Assembly: GCA_000182565.2 (NCBI GenBank)
Contig: KQ257453.1
DNA length: 64,000 nt
Source of the DNA: Spizellomyces punctatus DAOM BR117
Taxonomy: Eukaryota
Strand: one strand, 5' to 3'
Shown in pieces: positions 1-13,422 of the stretch. The notes below the pieces were generated by a model. The model saw only the letters and a program-made list of their open reading frames with translations. It was not told where the DNA came from and made no database searches. Each line of letters begins with the position of its first letter. Position 1 is the first letter of the stretch. A program made the translations under genes and the position numbers.

Positions 1-2
1 TC

Positions 3-374
3 ATTCCGTCGGCCTATCTTGCTACCTACTCTGGTGCCAAAGCGTTTTTGCGTACGTGGTCCCGCGCTCTCGCTGTAGAATGCAGACCTCACAATGTCCA
101 TGTGGAGCATGTGAAAACCTACTTTGTCACGACTGCCATGAGTAAGATCCGCAGATCCACCATCTTGGCACCCACCCCCCGCGATTACGTTCGCAGCGTG
201 CTACAGAGTGCGGGCAAGGATACCGATGCTGCCCCGTACCCAAGTCACGCTGTCTTGACCTGGGTTTTGGAGAAGCTGCCTGAAGGCCTTGCGATTAAGA
301 AGAGTGCGGATATGCACATCGACATTAGAAGGCGTGCCTTGAAAAAGAGGGAGCGGGAGGCTAAGAAAGCGTAA
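3..374 (+). CDS. 3' end of short-chain dehydrogenase, probable very-long-chain 3-ketoacyl-CoA reductase (5'-partial)
   Basis: Frame from position 3 reads IPSAYLATYSGAKAF (SDR YxxxK motif), then YFVTTAMSKIRR...P.P..YVRSVL and a basic C-terminus typical of Ifa38/HSD17B12-type KARs. Confidence 0.8.
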   Translation: MPSAYLATYSGAKAFLRTWSRALAVECRPHNVHVEHVKTYFVTTAMSKIRRSTILAPTPRDYVRSVLQSAGKDTDAAPYPSHAVLTWVLEKLPEGLAIKKSADMHIDIRRRALKKREREAKKA

Positions 375-480
375 TTTTTTGTGTCATTTACTTGGGATGG
401 GCATTATGATTTGTGCATTATGACATTTATCGGACGTAATATATACGGAATCTATCCTCTAAAAATCCTGTAATTTTTTC

Positions 481-3087
481 TCACGTAAACATGAATACCT
501 CTTTTTGCCCATCAGACATGCGTGCAACCCGTTTACTCCCGACCACACGTTCCAGTTTCAACCGGTCGTACCGCGTAAACAGCACAGTACATGTAATGTC
601 TGCTGATTGTTGATCAAGCATGTTGATCATTTCGGCGTAGTAGCTGCCGTATTCGGGTAACCCATAAAACACAATGTGACGGATTCCTCGGATTTGATAT
701 CTAAAGAAGGTCGCAGGAAATGTTATCAAAAGGAGCATAAATCCTTAACACAAGATCATAACTTGCCTCCGAAAAAAGTGAAACCGCTCTGTGTAAAGCA
801 TGTAACTGGACTTGCCATGGAAAAAGTCCCCACGAGCCCGTGATACATCGGGAGTTGGCGTATACCTGTGCGGTGCATTGGTCACTACCTTGCCCAACCG
901 ACCGCCGGATACAAAAAGAAAGCAAAACAAAGATCACTCACTCGCATAGCTGGACAAAATCATAATGATGCTCATCCAAGTAGTTTCTCAATCGCACGAA
1001 ATCAAAATACGACGGCACAAAAATCATGGAATGCTTTTGTTGTACCACGCTTTGGCGGAGGGTAGGAAGGATTTTTTCAATGAAATATTTGAAACGAGTG
1101 TCGTCAGCCTCGGATGGCGATGTGCAGGGAATTCTGTGGAATATCTTTGCAATCGACGAATATCAGCAACCTGAAACAGCACTTTAAATGGAGGGTAAAT
1201 GTACCTGTGGAACTTGGACCACCACATCACATATCGATCCCGAACACTGTTCTCGGGTTTTTATCTTTCCCCCCGAGTTCTTGCAGGATTTGTTGAACAG
1301 GGCATTCATTTCGGGAACGAGCATGTGGGAAAAGATTAATGTCTGACGCACGTATTTCGCTCTATAGGATCAGTAACAAAATTCTTGTCAGTTGGCTGAA
1401 ATATATCATGACATGCAATAACAAAACCAAAGATGTTTACCGTCCATCCAAGTAATAGGCACGGACACGAGAAAAGTCGCATCCATGCGCTTCTTTTGGT
1501 ATCAGATTCAAATGATCAAATATATGTTGAACATGATCCCAGTTTTGCATTAGAAACACATCCGTTTGATCCAGGATGACCACTTCAATAGCAGAAAGAA
1601 AGTCAAAGTCCCGCTTCTTGTCCCTGTCAATATGATCGGAGACGTTTTCAGTATATAGCACATTGTGTGTGAACCTGGAGTTCCTGCTCACCCTTCAGCA
1701 CCAATCACCATCCTCAATCCCAAAGGCGAGGCTAGGATGACATCTGACGAGTAAAACGGGGCAAACAGCTTCAATTGCTTTCGTGCAAATTTGATACCGA
1801 CACGGAAACAGTCATCAATGTTGCCAGCGAACGTTTGTTTATGATCCTCTATGATATAGTCAATAAAGATGTAAGATACAAAGATTTATGAGACTGCATC
1901 TCGATGCCTACCTGGCTTTCTTGGGTCCATTCGATCATCTTCTGGCGCTATACCAAACTCATCAAAAAAGCGCTTTTTATTGTCCTATGCAAGCGAGTCA
2001 GCACGACCGCCTAATATTCTTTTCCGTACATACTGTAACTCACTTGCTGCGTGGTACCCGAAAGCGCAATCAACATCTTCACAACCTCCATAGCGGTATT
2101 CCGAAAAGGAGTCAAAATCAATACTTTTGGTCTCGTAAATCCTTGATCCCGTATCTCAGTGTCCACAGTCTCTGCCTTGAGTCTGGCATTATTTTTCAGT
2201 ACTCTATCCCGCGTTTTGTAGACATGGTTTATCGTATGGAGCGCGTACAAGTGTCGCAGTTGCTTGGAATTTGGGTGGGATTGTGAGGTGAACATAATGT
2301 CTTTGTATGCATTCATAAAAGTAAAGAGATTTTGCTGGAGCGGGGTGAAGGGAGTTTTAGGATCTTTTGTTGATGTCACCGAACTATTGAGCTGTTTCCA
2401 TGGATCATGGAGGCGCTGCTTGACTTTACAATCCTCGAGACTCGTTTTGGTATGGGACGCTGACGAGGATTCCAAAGTGTCCCCTTTTAATCTGTACTGA
2501 ACAACAGTGTGCAACTCCGGGTCCTCCTCTACCGTGGTCTCCCATTCGTTTGTCTCCACGGCAGCGCCTTTGAAAGCAAGATTGTCTGAAATGTGATCCC
2601 CAAAATGTTTCTCCCATGGGTCGGTAGACTCTAATCCAACTTGTTCAGTCTCATCTTGGTCGTCCTCGTCCCCACTCTCTTGTGTCGACTCTTCCCCCTC
2701 GCTATCCTCTGCCAAGACATCCTCTTCCTCCTCAATTTCAGAGAGATCCTCCACAGATCCATCAATCTTTGATGGAAACTCCTCCTCCTCCTCGACAATA
2801 GGTCGTAATTTGGGTGCTTCACTGTCCAAGGTCTGTTCGATCAGTTTTGCCCTCTTTCTCGCTAAAAGGACATGAGGCCATTTTTAATAAGGTAGAGCGA
2901 AAGGGCTGCAGGCATCTAGTTGAAACATACAATTGTCTTTTACAGCAGTCTTTGATTTCTCTTTGGCCAGTGTCCCTCTGCCGAGCCGCTTTGAAGATTT
3001 CTTTAGTCCCTTCAATAACTTGTTGAATGAAGATGGGCTCTCCCAATCGTTCGATCCGTTTTGGTCGCCGAGCTTTCGCTTGGCCAT
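481..3087 (-). CDS. UTP25: U3 snoRNA-associated protein 25 (multi-exon)
   Basis: Motifs [53 protein letters not shown] and [13 protein letters not shown]; acidic N-terminus; ATG MAKRK at 3087. Confidence 0.92.
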
Positions 3088-4628
3088 CTTGTCGTGTGTG
3101 TGGTATGTGAGGCAACCAATGAGCAAACGGTTGGGCTTGTCGGAGTGCTCAATACAGTTGGCTTGATGGGACAAAAAGAAATACAATTAACCCTTTTTTG
3201 GATGCATGGCGCAGTCATTGAAACACATGAGTGGCACAGTCATCTGTGTTCGTGACCAAGGATTCAAACATCCCGCACAGTGCAAATGTTGGTAAAGCGG
3301 GGCACCATCACCAAAAGTCGCGAGTGCCAAAGCAAAGCAGACTGCATTGCGCAAACGGATAGCGTGACCAACAAAGTACAAGCTTTTATTGCGTGCGCAT
3401 CTAGTCGGAAGCCAAGTGGGTAAACACAAATCTGTGCAAGAGCCCGTGCCACTAGTTTCTTGTCACATTATTCATTTGTACTAGTATACAGCTGTTATTA
3501 ATGAGATATCACGCATCCCATCAATAATGTATCTAAAACACATTGCACATGCAGGCACGGCATATTACCGGAGAGGCGAGAGACGCAAGAGTACAACGCT
3601 ACAACGCGAGTCATGGAAAAAACATTTGTGAATGGTTGAATGAAATACAAAACTGTAGGCGATCAATGGAGATAAATGGAACACACCGGCACCATTGTCA
3701 TGCTAATCACAATACTTGTTATTCTACTGCTCTCGTATTGGGGGGCTATCCAAAACGCAACAAAATGCCTCGTGTGCGAGACTGACCTTTCCGCTCAGTT
3801 CCCCCCAAGCCGCCAACTGTTGACAAGATGTTACATCGGCCCACATTGCTGGGTTGCGGATACAAATCCCCGAGTTTCCGCGGGCGCAGGCGATCGAAAA
3901 CTTTTTTTGTTCACGGCGGTGGACAATACCAATCGGCGGAATTTTTAACACGTTTTTTTTGTTGCATCAGGCTTTGACGCGTTTGCTGGATGCAGTAATG
4001 CATTGTAATGGAATGGAATGATTCAACAAACCACGCGGTAACTCCTTGGAATGATATGACATGTCATACAATGCACTATAATCCCCTACAACCACCCTGA
4101 AATCCTTATCGCTGCTCCAATGGGTTCCGATGGCCCCACTTGGCAAGTTGCTATTTGAATGGGCAATAGCAAGTTACCCGTTGGGCGACACGTCTCCCCC
4201 CGCATTTCGCCCTTTGTCAACGGTGTTCGCATTCCGATATTAAGAACGGTTCCGTTCGTTTTGTAAAAGGTATTGTTTGCCCACAATCCTTTCAACCCAA
4301 GCCTTCATTGTACCCGGGGCGGGCACAAAAAAACGTCAAACTGTCCTTTTGTTGCAACAAACAACGGACCAAAACAACACATCCACACACACAGCGACAT
4401 TGCCCTCCTTTTTAGCAAGCCGTGGTCTCCTCGATTTTTTGTCTCTCGCATCACTTTTTTTTTGTAAGATTGATAACTAGTGAGCAAAAACGGTTGTATA
4501 TTTTATTTTTTGGGGCAAGTTGGGCGACTTTTACGACTTTTCAACTTTTTGCAACCGCCGCGAACAACCCACACCCTTTTTGACACGTCTCCCTCTCTCG
4601 ACATTCCCTGTCGCTGGTCTGACGCATC

Positions 4629-6805
4629 ATGTCTACGCCATTCCTACCAATGTCCGCGAACGCGCAGCCGCTTCCCGGTCCATCACACTCTTACCTGCCG
4701 CCTCCACCCAATGCGCATCCTAGCCTGCTCCCACTGCAAAACTCTTCCCTTCCCTCCAACGACACGCCTTCTGGTGCACCGATAACAATCTCGTCAAAGC
4801 TCAAACAAGAAGAACAACGGATAGACTTGAAAGTTTTGCATCACTTGAATCGCGATGACCACCGCAAAAAGCAAAAGCGATTCAAAAGAACTGTCATGGC
4901 TGTTCACGCGATTGTTTCTCACAAGTTGTACAAAAGCAAAGCGTCCAGCTTGGAAGCTTATTTTAGGGACGCCTGGAAAATATCTCGAGCCCAAGTGTAT
5001 AGATTTTTGGATTGTGCTGTAGTTTTAAAGGTAAAGCGTGTCGTTCTCAACGTGGTCAAAATCATCGTGGTCTGTGGATTTGACGCTTTTTGTTTTTGTT
5101 TGAAATTTTCTTTTAGCAATTGGAAGGCTTTACAGAACAACCTTGCCGTGAGCGGCTTTGTCGTTCTCTCAAACGCCTAGCCAAAAACCGCACAGATATT
5201 CAAAAGCTCTGGGAAACAGTATTAACAAGAGTCAACAACGACCACGAAGCCGTGACCAGCACCATCATCAACACTGTGTGGCGCGAACTCTTGGAGCTAG
5301 GAACCGTCACAGGAAGGCCAGCCATGAGCAATGAGCACATTGAAGTTGAGGCAGACGTTGGTGCTTTGAGTGACATTGAGATGGGAGCCGCTGCGATGGA
5401 TGACGATTGCGACTCTGACGGCCGTAATGATCGAACTGGGAGCCAACCGGGAAGACCTGATAGTGCACAACAACGCGGAACACTCGGCGACCGAACCCCA
5501 GCGACTCCACTCGATGCCAGACCTAATCAATACGCACGACCGTATCCGGGCGAAAATGCCGACATGTCTGGTACAGCAATGGGATCGTCGACCAATGCTC
5601 AGAATTATATTTCTGATTCACAAGGTATGAGAAGGGACCACGATTGGCGCAATCAGGATGTCTCCTGGCGTTCAAACCGCGATGTGCCCGCCGACTTGAA
5701 CTATCAAGAATCGCTCAACTCTGACGTTGCTGCGTGCACCTCTCTTCTGGATTCGGTCGGTCGCAAAGGCTATGCGCTGCAACCTTATCTCAACGGTCGC
5801 TGGGTCAAGGAACCAATCAGTCATTGGCGCTTCGCACCACACTATCCCCCAAGTAGCGGACGGTCGGAAGCATACGTGTTCGATGTCGCCCATCCTGGAG
5901 CACCTTATGGCACTCAGTACAGTCGACCCGCCTGGTATTCCAGTGATGACAAGCTCTGCTATCCAAGTCCGTCAGATGCTGTGCCTAGATCTGCCACTGT
6001 GTATGGGCAGTCTAATACTCCATCATCGCGTCCACTGTACGAACCAACCTCGGCAACATCACCTTATGAAAATCATTCAGGTTGGGACCATCGTCGCCAC
6101 AGCTTACCATTGAATGACGCACAGAGTGGAACCTATGATCGCTTTGCAGGTCCCGTAGCATCCACGAAATATTCCCCTTTGCAATCTTCTGACGCAACCC
6201 ATGAAACCTGGAGCAGCCAGTACACTTCTCATGGCCGACCCGTTGAATCTGTTCCAGACAATATGGGATATCGCCATCAACAGCCTGTGATATACGATCA
6301 AACCCGCAATGCCGGATTTGATCCAACATACAACCGTCCTATGCATAGTGAGGCCGAATCTGTCAGATACCCTTCCGGGCGGAATCCAGTGCCTCCTTCC
6401 TACGCTCCAATCACGGCTCCGCCGCAACCGACTCAGCACGCTCACACCCTCCCGCCACCCACACCGTCCTCGTACCCAACCCTCCCACTTCCCCATAGTC
6501 TGAGTACAACTTCATCCACACCTACTCGTGGGCACCCGCTGGAACCGCGGCCCAATGGTGATTCCCGGAGCTCTGCAAACTATTTCATGTCGAGTGGGTC
6601 ACAGTATGGGTACGGATCGACTGCTTCCTTGCCGCCCATTATGGGAACGGCTGTTGGAGGAACTGGAGCTCAGCCATCCGGTAACCCAATGAACGGGTCC
6701 CGCGACGCATATGACCATTCTGAGGCACAGGCTGCTGCTATTTTAACCGGAGTAGCTTCTGGGGGACGGAGAACCCCTTTGGACGCTGGTCAAGCGGCCA
6801 TGTAA
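4629..6805 (+). CDS. Hypothetical protein: N-terminal helical putative DNA-binding domain plus long Ser/Pro/Tyr-rich low-complexity tail; 2 exons (4629-5030, 5117-6805)
   Basis: GT..AG intron 5031-5116 joins the 183-aa and 561-aa ORFs in frame (..CAVVLK|QLEGFTEQP..); basic KKQKRFKR stretch. Confidence 0.75.
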
Positions 6806-7136
6806 TCCGTAAGATAGGGTAGTTGGATTCCCTTGAGGTTATGAGCTGTTCTATCTGGGTGGGATTTGCTCAAGTTGATCCAGTCTTGCAATTTATTCAT
6901 TCTAGATTGGGTAGGCCGTTGTAACATTTGAAACCCGGGTTTTAATAAACGTATATAAGTTGTTTGAATTCATGCAATGATTCTATTCAGTAAATATAAT
7001 ACAATTTAAAAAAGAAAACCAAATGGACAAGGGAAACACAGCGCCTCTAGAGGCAAAGAAATCCCTTGTACATTCAAAAACTAGAAACTGGATCTCCCCT
7101 CCATTCCTCGCATTCCGCCTACGTCTGACCGACTCT

Positions 7137-7752
7137 CTACACAGTTGTAATCAACTTTTGATTCAGTTCCTTCACCTCGGATGCAATCTCGTCGTAGTAC
7201 TTTCCATACTCCCCCCCGCCTGTAGTCTTTTCTACAACCAAAACACAACTTGTTGCCCGCTTGGTGGCACCAGCGCTACCAAGTTCTTCTTTGGATGGTA
7301 CGTAAATGTACGATACGTTTGCTTCTTCACAGAGGATGGGAACGTGGGTGATGACATCCACGGGGGAGATGTCACCAGCAATGACAACGACGCCTTTTGC
7401 TCCCTTTCGGAGGGCTTTGACGACTTCTTTGACTCCCCTTCGGACCTGCTTTTCTTTGGCGGCTGTTTTTTTTTTTTTTTTTTTTTTTTTGGAATTCTCA
7501 TGAGCTAACAGTTTTATTGGAATTGAGGAATACAAGGTACTGAGGAGTCTTACCTTTCTTGACAGTCTTCAAAACCTTCTTTGTCAATTTTTTGCTTGCC
7601 AGTGGGTGTGCAATGGCATTGCATGCCTTCACCCTTGTCTCGTACGATACAGAACTAGACTCTTCGTCCCCTGCTGACGGCGTAGTTGGCTCAACCTGTT
7701 TCTTTTCCTTGGATGGTGTCGCTGGCGACTTGTCTTTCTTTTCTTTGGCCAT
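7137..7752 (-). CDS. NHP2: H/ACA snoRNP subunit Nhp2 (L7Ae family); intron 7553-7463
   Basis: IAHPLASKKLTKKVLKTVKK|AAKEKQVRRGVKEVVKALRKG...AGDISPVDVITHVPILCEE...YIYVPSKEELG. Confidence 0.93.
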
Positions 7753-7984
7753 AGTTTATAGGTTTTCTTGTTACAAGTTGATGCAGAATCACAAAAAAAA
7801 AAAAACACACACACTGGATCCTAGTTCCGTTGCAAGCTTCTAACAAAACAAAATATGGGAATTCACGTGTGGCGGATGGGGCGCGGTGATTGCGCCGGTG
7901 TGGCGTGGTCGTCGGTTCTTGGGTAGCGTTGGTCTTCTTCACTTTTGCATTTGCAGACTTGCAAAGTAATAGGAATAAACAAGC

Positions 7985-9712
7985 ATGAGTGGCTTATCGA
8001 AAGCACTTGTTGGGTCTGCACAATTGGACAAGGACCTTGACGCTCTATTTGGGAAGGCCGCTGTACCTTCAAACTCTAGCATATTGTCACAACCCGCAAC
8101 CAATGCGACTTTAAGTAAGCGGAAGAAGGATAATGAGGATCTGTCCAAGAAAAAGAAGGCAAAGAAGGTATACAATATGCATTAGCCGAATCAATGCTCC
8201 TCGGGATTGTGTCTCACCATTAGATTTGCAAAAGGAGGCGAAGAATGAACATGTTAACGGAGATCCACAACAAAAAGCGGGCAGGGGAAAGCTTCAGAAG
8301 AAAGAGCAGGATGTGGTAGAGAAGGGGAAAGGGAACAAAACATCAAAGCGGGAGGAAAGCGCTTCCGGTACGAGGAAGCAGAAAAAGTCACAAAAGGTCG
8401 CCGCTGAACCAACTGAAACGGAGATCAAACCAACCGAAAAGACAGAAAGTAAGAAGACTGGAGGCAAGAAATCTGCAAAGCAGGAAGTAAAGGGATCTGT
8501 AGAAGCTCAGGATGGTGCTAAAGTTAGTGCCGACAAAGACACTGAAGATCCTACGGAGTCATTGGATGGAGATGTTGAATCTGAATCTGAGAGTGGTGAG
8601 GATCAAGATGACGTGGAAGATGACAAGGAGACAAATCCGACAGGAAAGACAAGACGTCAAGTAAAGGCAGAGAAACTCGAGAAGGAGGAACGAACGATAT
8701 TTGTCGGTAATCTGCCACTGTCAGTAACTGAGAAGGTTCGGATTTCTTTTTATTGGCCTTTTTCAAGTATTGTACTAATCAGTCTTTCTAGGCGGGAGTC
8801 AAAGAGCTGAAGAAACTGTTTTCCCAATACGGCAACCTTAAGAGCATCCGATTCCGCTCAATAGCACGACTGGAAAACATGCCTCGTAAAGCGGCATTCA
8901 TTACCAAAAACTTTCACCCCGGTCGAGATACTCTGAACGCCTACATTGTGTACGGAGAAAAGGAGTCCGTTGAGAAAGCATTGGTTGAAAATGGAAAGTT
9001 ATTCATGGGAAAGCATATACGGGTGGATAGGTCGGTAAAGGATAACAAGGTGTGTTGCCAGAGAACGTCCCCATTCAAATTTGGTTTCTGATTATTCTGG
9101 GTGCAGCACGATGTAAAACGTTCCGTGTTCGTTGGAGCATTACCGTTTGATATCAACGAGGAGGCGGTTAGGGCGCACTTTAGCCAATGTGGCGACATTG
9201 GTGAGTGTAAATAACGTCTTTATTTTCCCAACACTATATAGCTAACATACTGTTTTCTTCCGTTACAACAGAATATGTTCGCTTGATTCGTGACAAGTAA
9301 GTTGATGCACACGTGGTTGGACTAAAACGAACGGTAAACTCATCTGTAACATGCACAGAACAACAAACGTTGGCAAGGGCATCGGATATGTTCAATTCGC
9401 AGATAGAGCCGCTGTGGGTCTGGCCATGAAGCTTCATCAATCTGAACTGGAGGGACGAAAAATTCGAGTAAACCGGTGCAAGGATGTATCACCAGAGGCG
9501 AAAAAGAAGAGATTAATTGTAGGTGTTGCACTCTGTTGGATCTGTTTGGTGCATGCTGATGTGGTCCTCTCTTGCAGGCGACGGAGGGCACTCGGGCAAA
9601 GAAGGGTGCGGCGACGGGAGCGGGCAAAATTCGGTCAAGACCGAACAAGGCGAAGGCGGCAACAAAGGGGAAACCTTACACAAAGCCGAAGCGCAGTGTA
9701 GCCAAAAAGTAG
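7985..9712 (+). CDS. NOP12: Nucleolar RRM protein Nop12/RBM34 (multi-exon)
   Basis: RTIFVGNLP, SIRFRS, NAYIVY, HIRVD, RSVFVGALPFD, GKGIGYVQF and a C-terminal EGTRAKKG; Lys/Glu-rich N-terminus. Confidence 0.88.
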
Positions 9713-9817
9713 CGGGGTTGCAGCTCTCCGTCAGGAGACGGGATGGTATCGACATGCGTATGGACCATTGCAAATATTTACATGTATTTAACAATAATTA
9801 CAAACATGATATCCATG

Positions 9818-10507
9818 TCACATCTCCTCGTATAGCACCTGGTTTACCAATGTAATCGGAATGTCTTCAATTTCGGGGATAGAGTCCTCGCTGAACAATT
9901 TGCGCAATTTATTTGGGTCAAGGGGAATAGAGAGTGCATTGGCGCAATCATCTAATCACATCCCATTTTGAATTCCACTGCTCAAGCGCTTTATTATCAA
10001 TTTACGTGTGAACTCACCAGTCACAGTATCAAACGACGTCAGAGGTGGTGTTCGCCGGAGATTGATGCCAGTAAACATGAGGATGGTAAAAGGGATAAGT
10101 CCCAAGATGTACACAGGAAAAACTATTGCCCACCATCTTCAATGATATAACATGTGGGTGAGGTTGTCAAGGCGGTATGGCGTATATTGAAACGTACCGG
10201 GTTGGGTAATAGTATATGCCTAAAGCGTGCAGGATTTCATCTGGTAAAAGCGCCCATGCTAGATATGTTCCTTTTTATAATAAGCGAGTCTTTAATTTGT
10301 GACTAGTATCCAATGACACCCCGTCTACGCACATTGGAGCAAACGACAAAAGGGACTGTACCCTTGCAGTAACTTACCAAAGGCGACAAAGGAAGAGAGG
10401 TAGAGGACGAACCCGTAGTATTCTCTTTTTTCGGATGCCCTGTGCTGTGTCGATGGGGCTGTTGGTGATCTTGGTGATGTTGGAGAAGGTAGGTGACCGC
10501 TGGACAT
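9818..10507 (-). CDS. GPI19: GPI-GlcNAc transferase subunit P (PIG-P/Gpi19), multi-exon
   Basis: EYYGFVLYLSS, WALLPDEILHALGIYYYP, WWAIVFP, TPPLTSFDTVT, DIPITLVNQVLY. Confidence 0.85.
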
Positions 10508-10695
10508 GAAGCAAATATGTGAACCGAGGACAAAAAGCGAAACGAAATGTTGAGCTTTGGCAATGCTTGAAAGCAGAGGTGAGGCTTATTTTGGACGCGA
10601 CAGGACGCGATCAAATCCTCCAGCGGATCTTAACAACCAGCTATCAACCAGCTGTCAAAAAGTTGCATTTTCGCACGAGCGATGCCGAAATAACC

Positions 10696-13254
10696 ATGGC
10701 ACTGAAACCCTCCTTTAGCATCTTTCTCCGACTCAGCAAATGTACATATAATGCACGACATTCAAACTCTCTTGCCTCCATCCGCTTATATGCTACTCAT
10801 GCAAAGCACGACAACACCCACGTATCTGTGGACAAGATCCGCAATATTGGCATAGTAGCACACATCGACGCTGGGAAAACAACAACCACAGAGCGTATGC
10901 TCTACTATGTTGGGTACACGAACCGAATAGGAGGTAGGAAACGCTGACAATTCAAACTAGATCTTTGTTGACAGCTGTAATGTCCATAGAGGTCGACGAA
11001 GGCAACACAGTCACCGACTTTCTCAAACCCGAACGTGAACGAGGCATCACGATCACCTCAGCATGTATTCCCTTCTCATGGCGATCTCACCGTATAAATC
11101 TCATTGACACACCTGGGCACGTCGACTTTACAATAGAGGTCGAGCGAAGTATGCGGGTTTTAGATGGAGCGGTTTGTGTCCTGGACGCCGTAGCAGGTGT
11201 TGAAGCCCAAACGGAGACTGTGTGGCGCCAGGCAAATCGGTACGCTGTCCCACGGATTGCGTTTGTGAATAAAATGGATAGGGACGGGGCGGGCTTAGGA
11301 CGAACCGTGGCCGCCATGGCAAAGAGGCTCACGGGATGGGGACAACCGTTGATATGTCAGTGGCCGGTTGTCAAGGATGGGACAGCTCATATTAGCGGTC
11401 CTGGATCAGGTGGACCTGGGTTTGAAGGCGTTGTGGATCTTGTGACAATGGAGATTTTGGATTGGAAGCATGAGCCAAAGACTGGAAGTGTAGTAACGCG
11501 CAAACAACTGAGTGACAGTAGCCACGAGGTAGATGGGAAGCGGTTATACGAGGAGGTGGTGGCCGGTCGAACCTCGCTGGTGGAGAAACTGTCAGAGCTC
11601 GATGATGGGATCGTCGACACATTTTTGGAACACGAAGGTGACCATATGAAAGTTCCTGCAAAGGATATTCATGCCGCTTTGAGGAGGGTCACTCTGAGCG
11701 GCAAAGGCGTTCCAGTGTTCTGTGGGGCATCGTTCAAGAACATTGGCGTACAGCCGGTTCTAGATGCCGTAGTGGATTATTTACCCTCTCCCAAAGAGCG
11801 ATCTCCTCCTGAAGGAGTTACGGGAGATGGGACCAAAGTTCAAGTATCACTTGGGGACAGTGAATTATGTGCTTTGGCCTTCAAAATTACCCAGGACCCA
11901 AGGCGCGGTCCACTAGTATTTGTCCGTGTCTATTCAGGTAGCAACTGTACAAGGATCATGTAGAGGGATCGCTTTCGAACGACTAACAACTTTTTTGTTA
12001 CTAGGTGTTTTGGAGCGTGGAGAGACCCTCTTGAATTCGAGCCAGAACAAAAAGGAGCGCGCGGCAAAAGTTCTTCAAATGTACGCTGATGACTATGAGG
12101 AAATTCCCAATGTCACAGCTGGTAACATTGCTGCCATAGCTGGGTTGAAAGATACACGCACGGGTGACACACTCCTATCCTCTCGCAGCAAGCGCAGACT
12201 TTGTCTCGACACTATCACGATACCCCCTCCTGTTTTCGTTCGTTCCTGCGAACCCGCTACTTCGGCAGATGAACGGGCACTGGAACAGGCATTAAAAGCC
12301 CTTGTGAGAGAGGATCCCTCTGTTCATGTTTCGTTTGATGAGGAGACTGGGCAGACGCTTTTGAGCGGTATGGGCGAGCTACATTTGGAGATTACTGCGG
12401 ATAGATTGAAGGAAGTGCATCGTGTCAATTGCCATATGGGCAAAGTGCAGATTAGCTACAGAGAAACGATCTCGTCTGAAGGACTGTCTCCTGATGGCAC
12501 GATTGAAGAAACATTCCTTCATGATCGGGAATCATTTGGAAAGAGAGCCAAAGCAGAGGTTTCGTTTTCCCTGGAACCAATTGTCGATCCCCAGGCTACT
12601 GACGAGGAGTTGATTGACACCAGAGGCCCGACGGGTGGAAACGAGATCAACTGTAAGCTTAAATCAAAGCAAATTCAAAGTGCTTTGGATGACGCACAAG
12701 GGCCTGTACCTGGTCAAAGGGGATATGCACCTCTTTTAGAGATGGAGGCAGCGTTACGCGCCGGAATCGAAGGTGCATTAGGTCGAGGACCGTTGTTAGG
12801 ATTTCCACTGACGAATCTCCGGATCACCTGCACTGGCATTCGAGTGTTTGGTCCTGAGCTCTCCACACCGTCCGCCATTCGTGCAGCGGCACATCGAGGT
12901 TTACATGCAGCTATTCGGGCAGCGGGAGGATCACGCCTGCTGGAGCCTATTATGGAAGTATCGGTCCGCGTGCCAGAGCGTTACGTAGGCGTGGTCGCAA
13001 AGGATATCTCCGGCATCCGTCGTGGACAGATCTTGTCTCTTGGCGCAGATAATGATGTAGCAGACGATGGGAACAGCGATTATGCGTATCGTAATGTGGA
13101 AGCCTTAGTGCCGCTTGCTCAACTGGTCGGATATGCAAGTAGTTTGAGGGGATTAACAGCCGGCACTGGAGATTTTACAATGGTGTTGCAGGGATATGGC
13201 GTAATGCAGGGCGATAGGGAAAAGGAAGTTTTGAAAGAGATTCGGGGCTATTAA
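10696..13254 (+). CDS. MEF2: Mitochondrial ribosome-releasing factor 2 (EF-G2), multi-exon
   Basis: Basic presequence-like N-terminus; [63 protein letters not shown] and a divergent domain IV point to EF-G2 rather than EF-G1. Confidence 0.85.
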
Positions 13255-13422
13255 TTCACCAAATGCCGGGCGAGTTGAACGTGCACGATCAACTATCATT
13301 TGCAAATCTTATCCGCATTCTACATTTCCTATACATCAACATTCAATATAATTCTTGGCTTGCGCAGCTAATGCCAACGCTTGCCGTTATGTACATAAAT
13401 CTTTTCCCGTACTTTCCTCCTC

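Noticed and set aside
3200-4600. Many short ORFs in the long UTP25/hypothetical-gene spacer
   Set aside because: No recognisable motifs, TIRs or consistent splice pattern; treated as promoter or 5' UTR
7023-7508. Plus-strand ORFs ending in poly-Phe, and a minus-strand poly-Lys stretch
   Set aside because: Artefacts of the intronic homopolymer in NHP2
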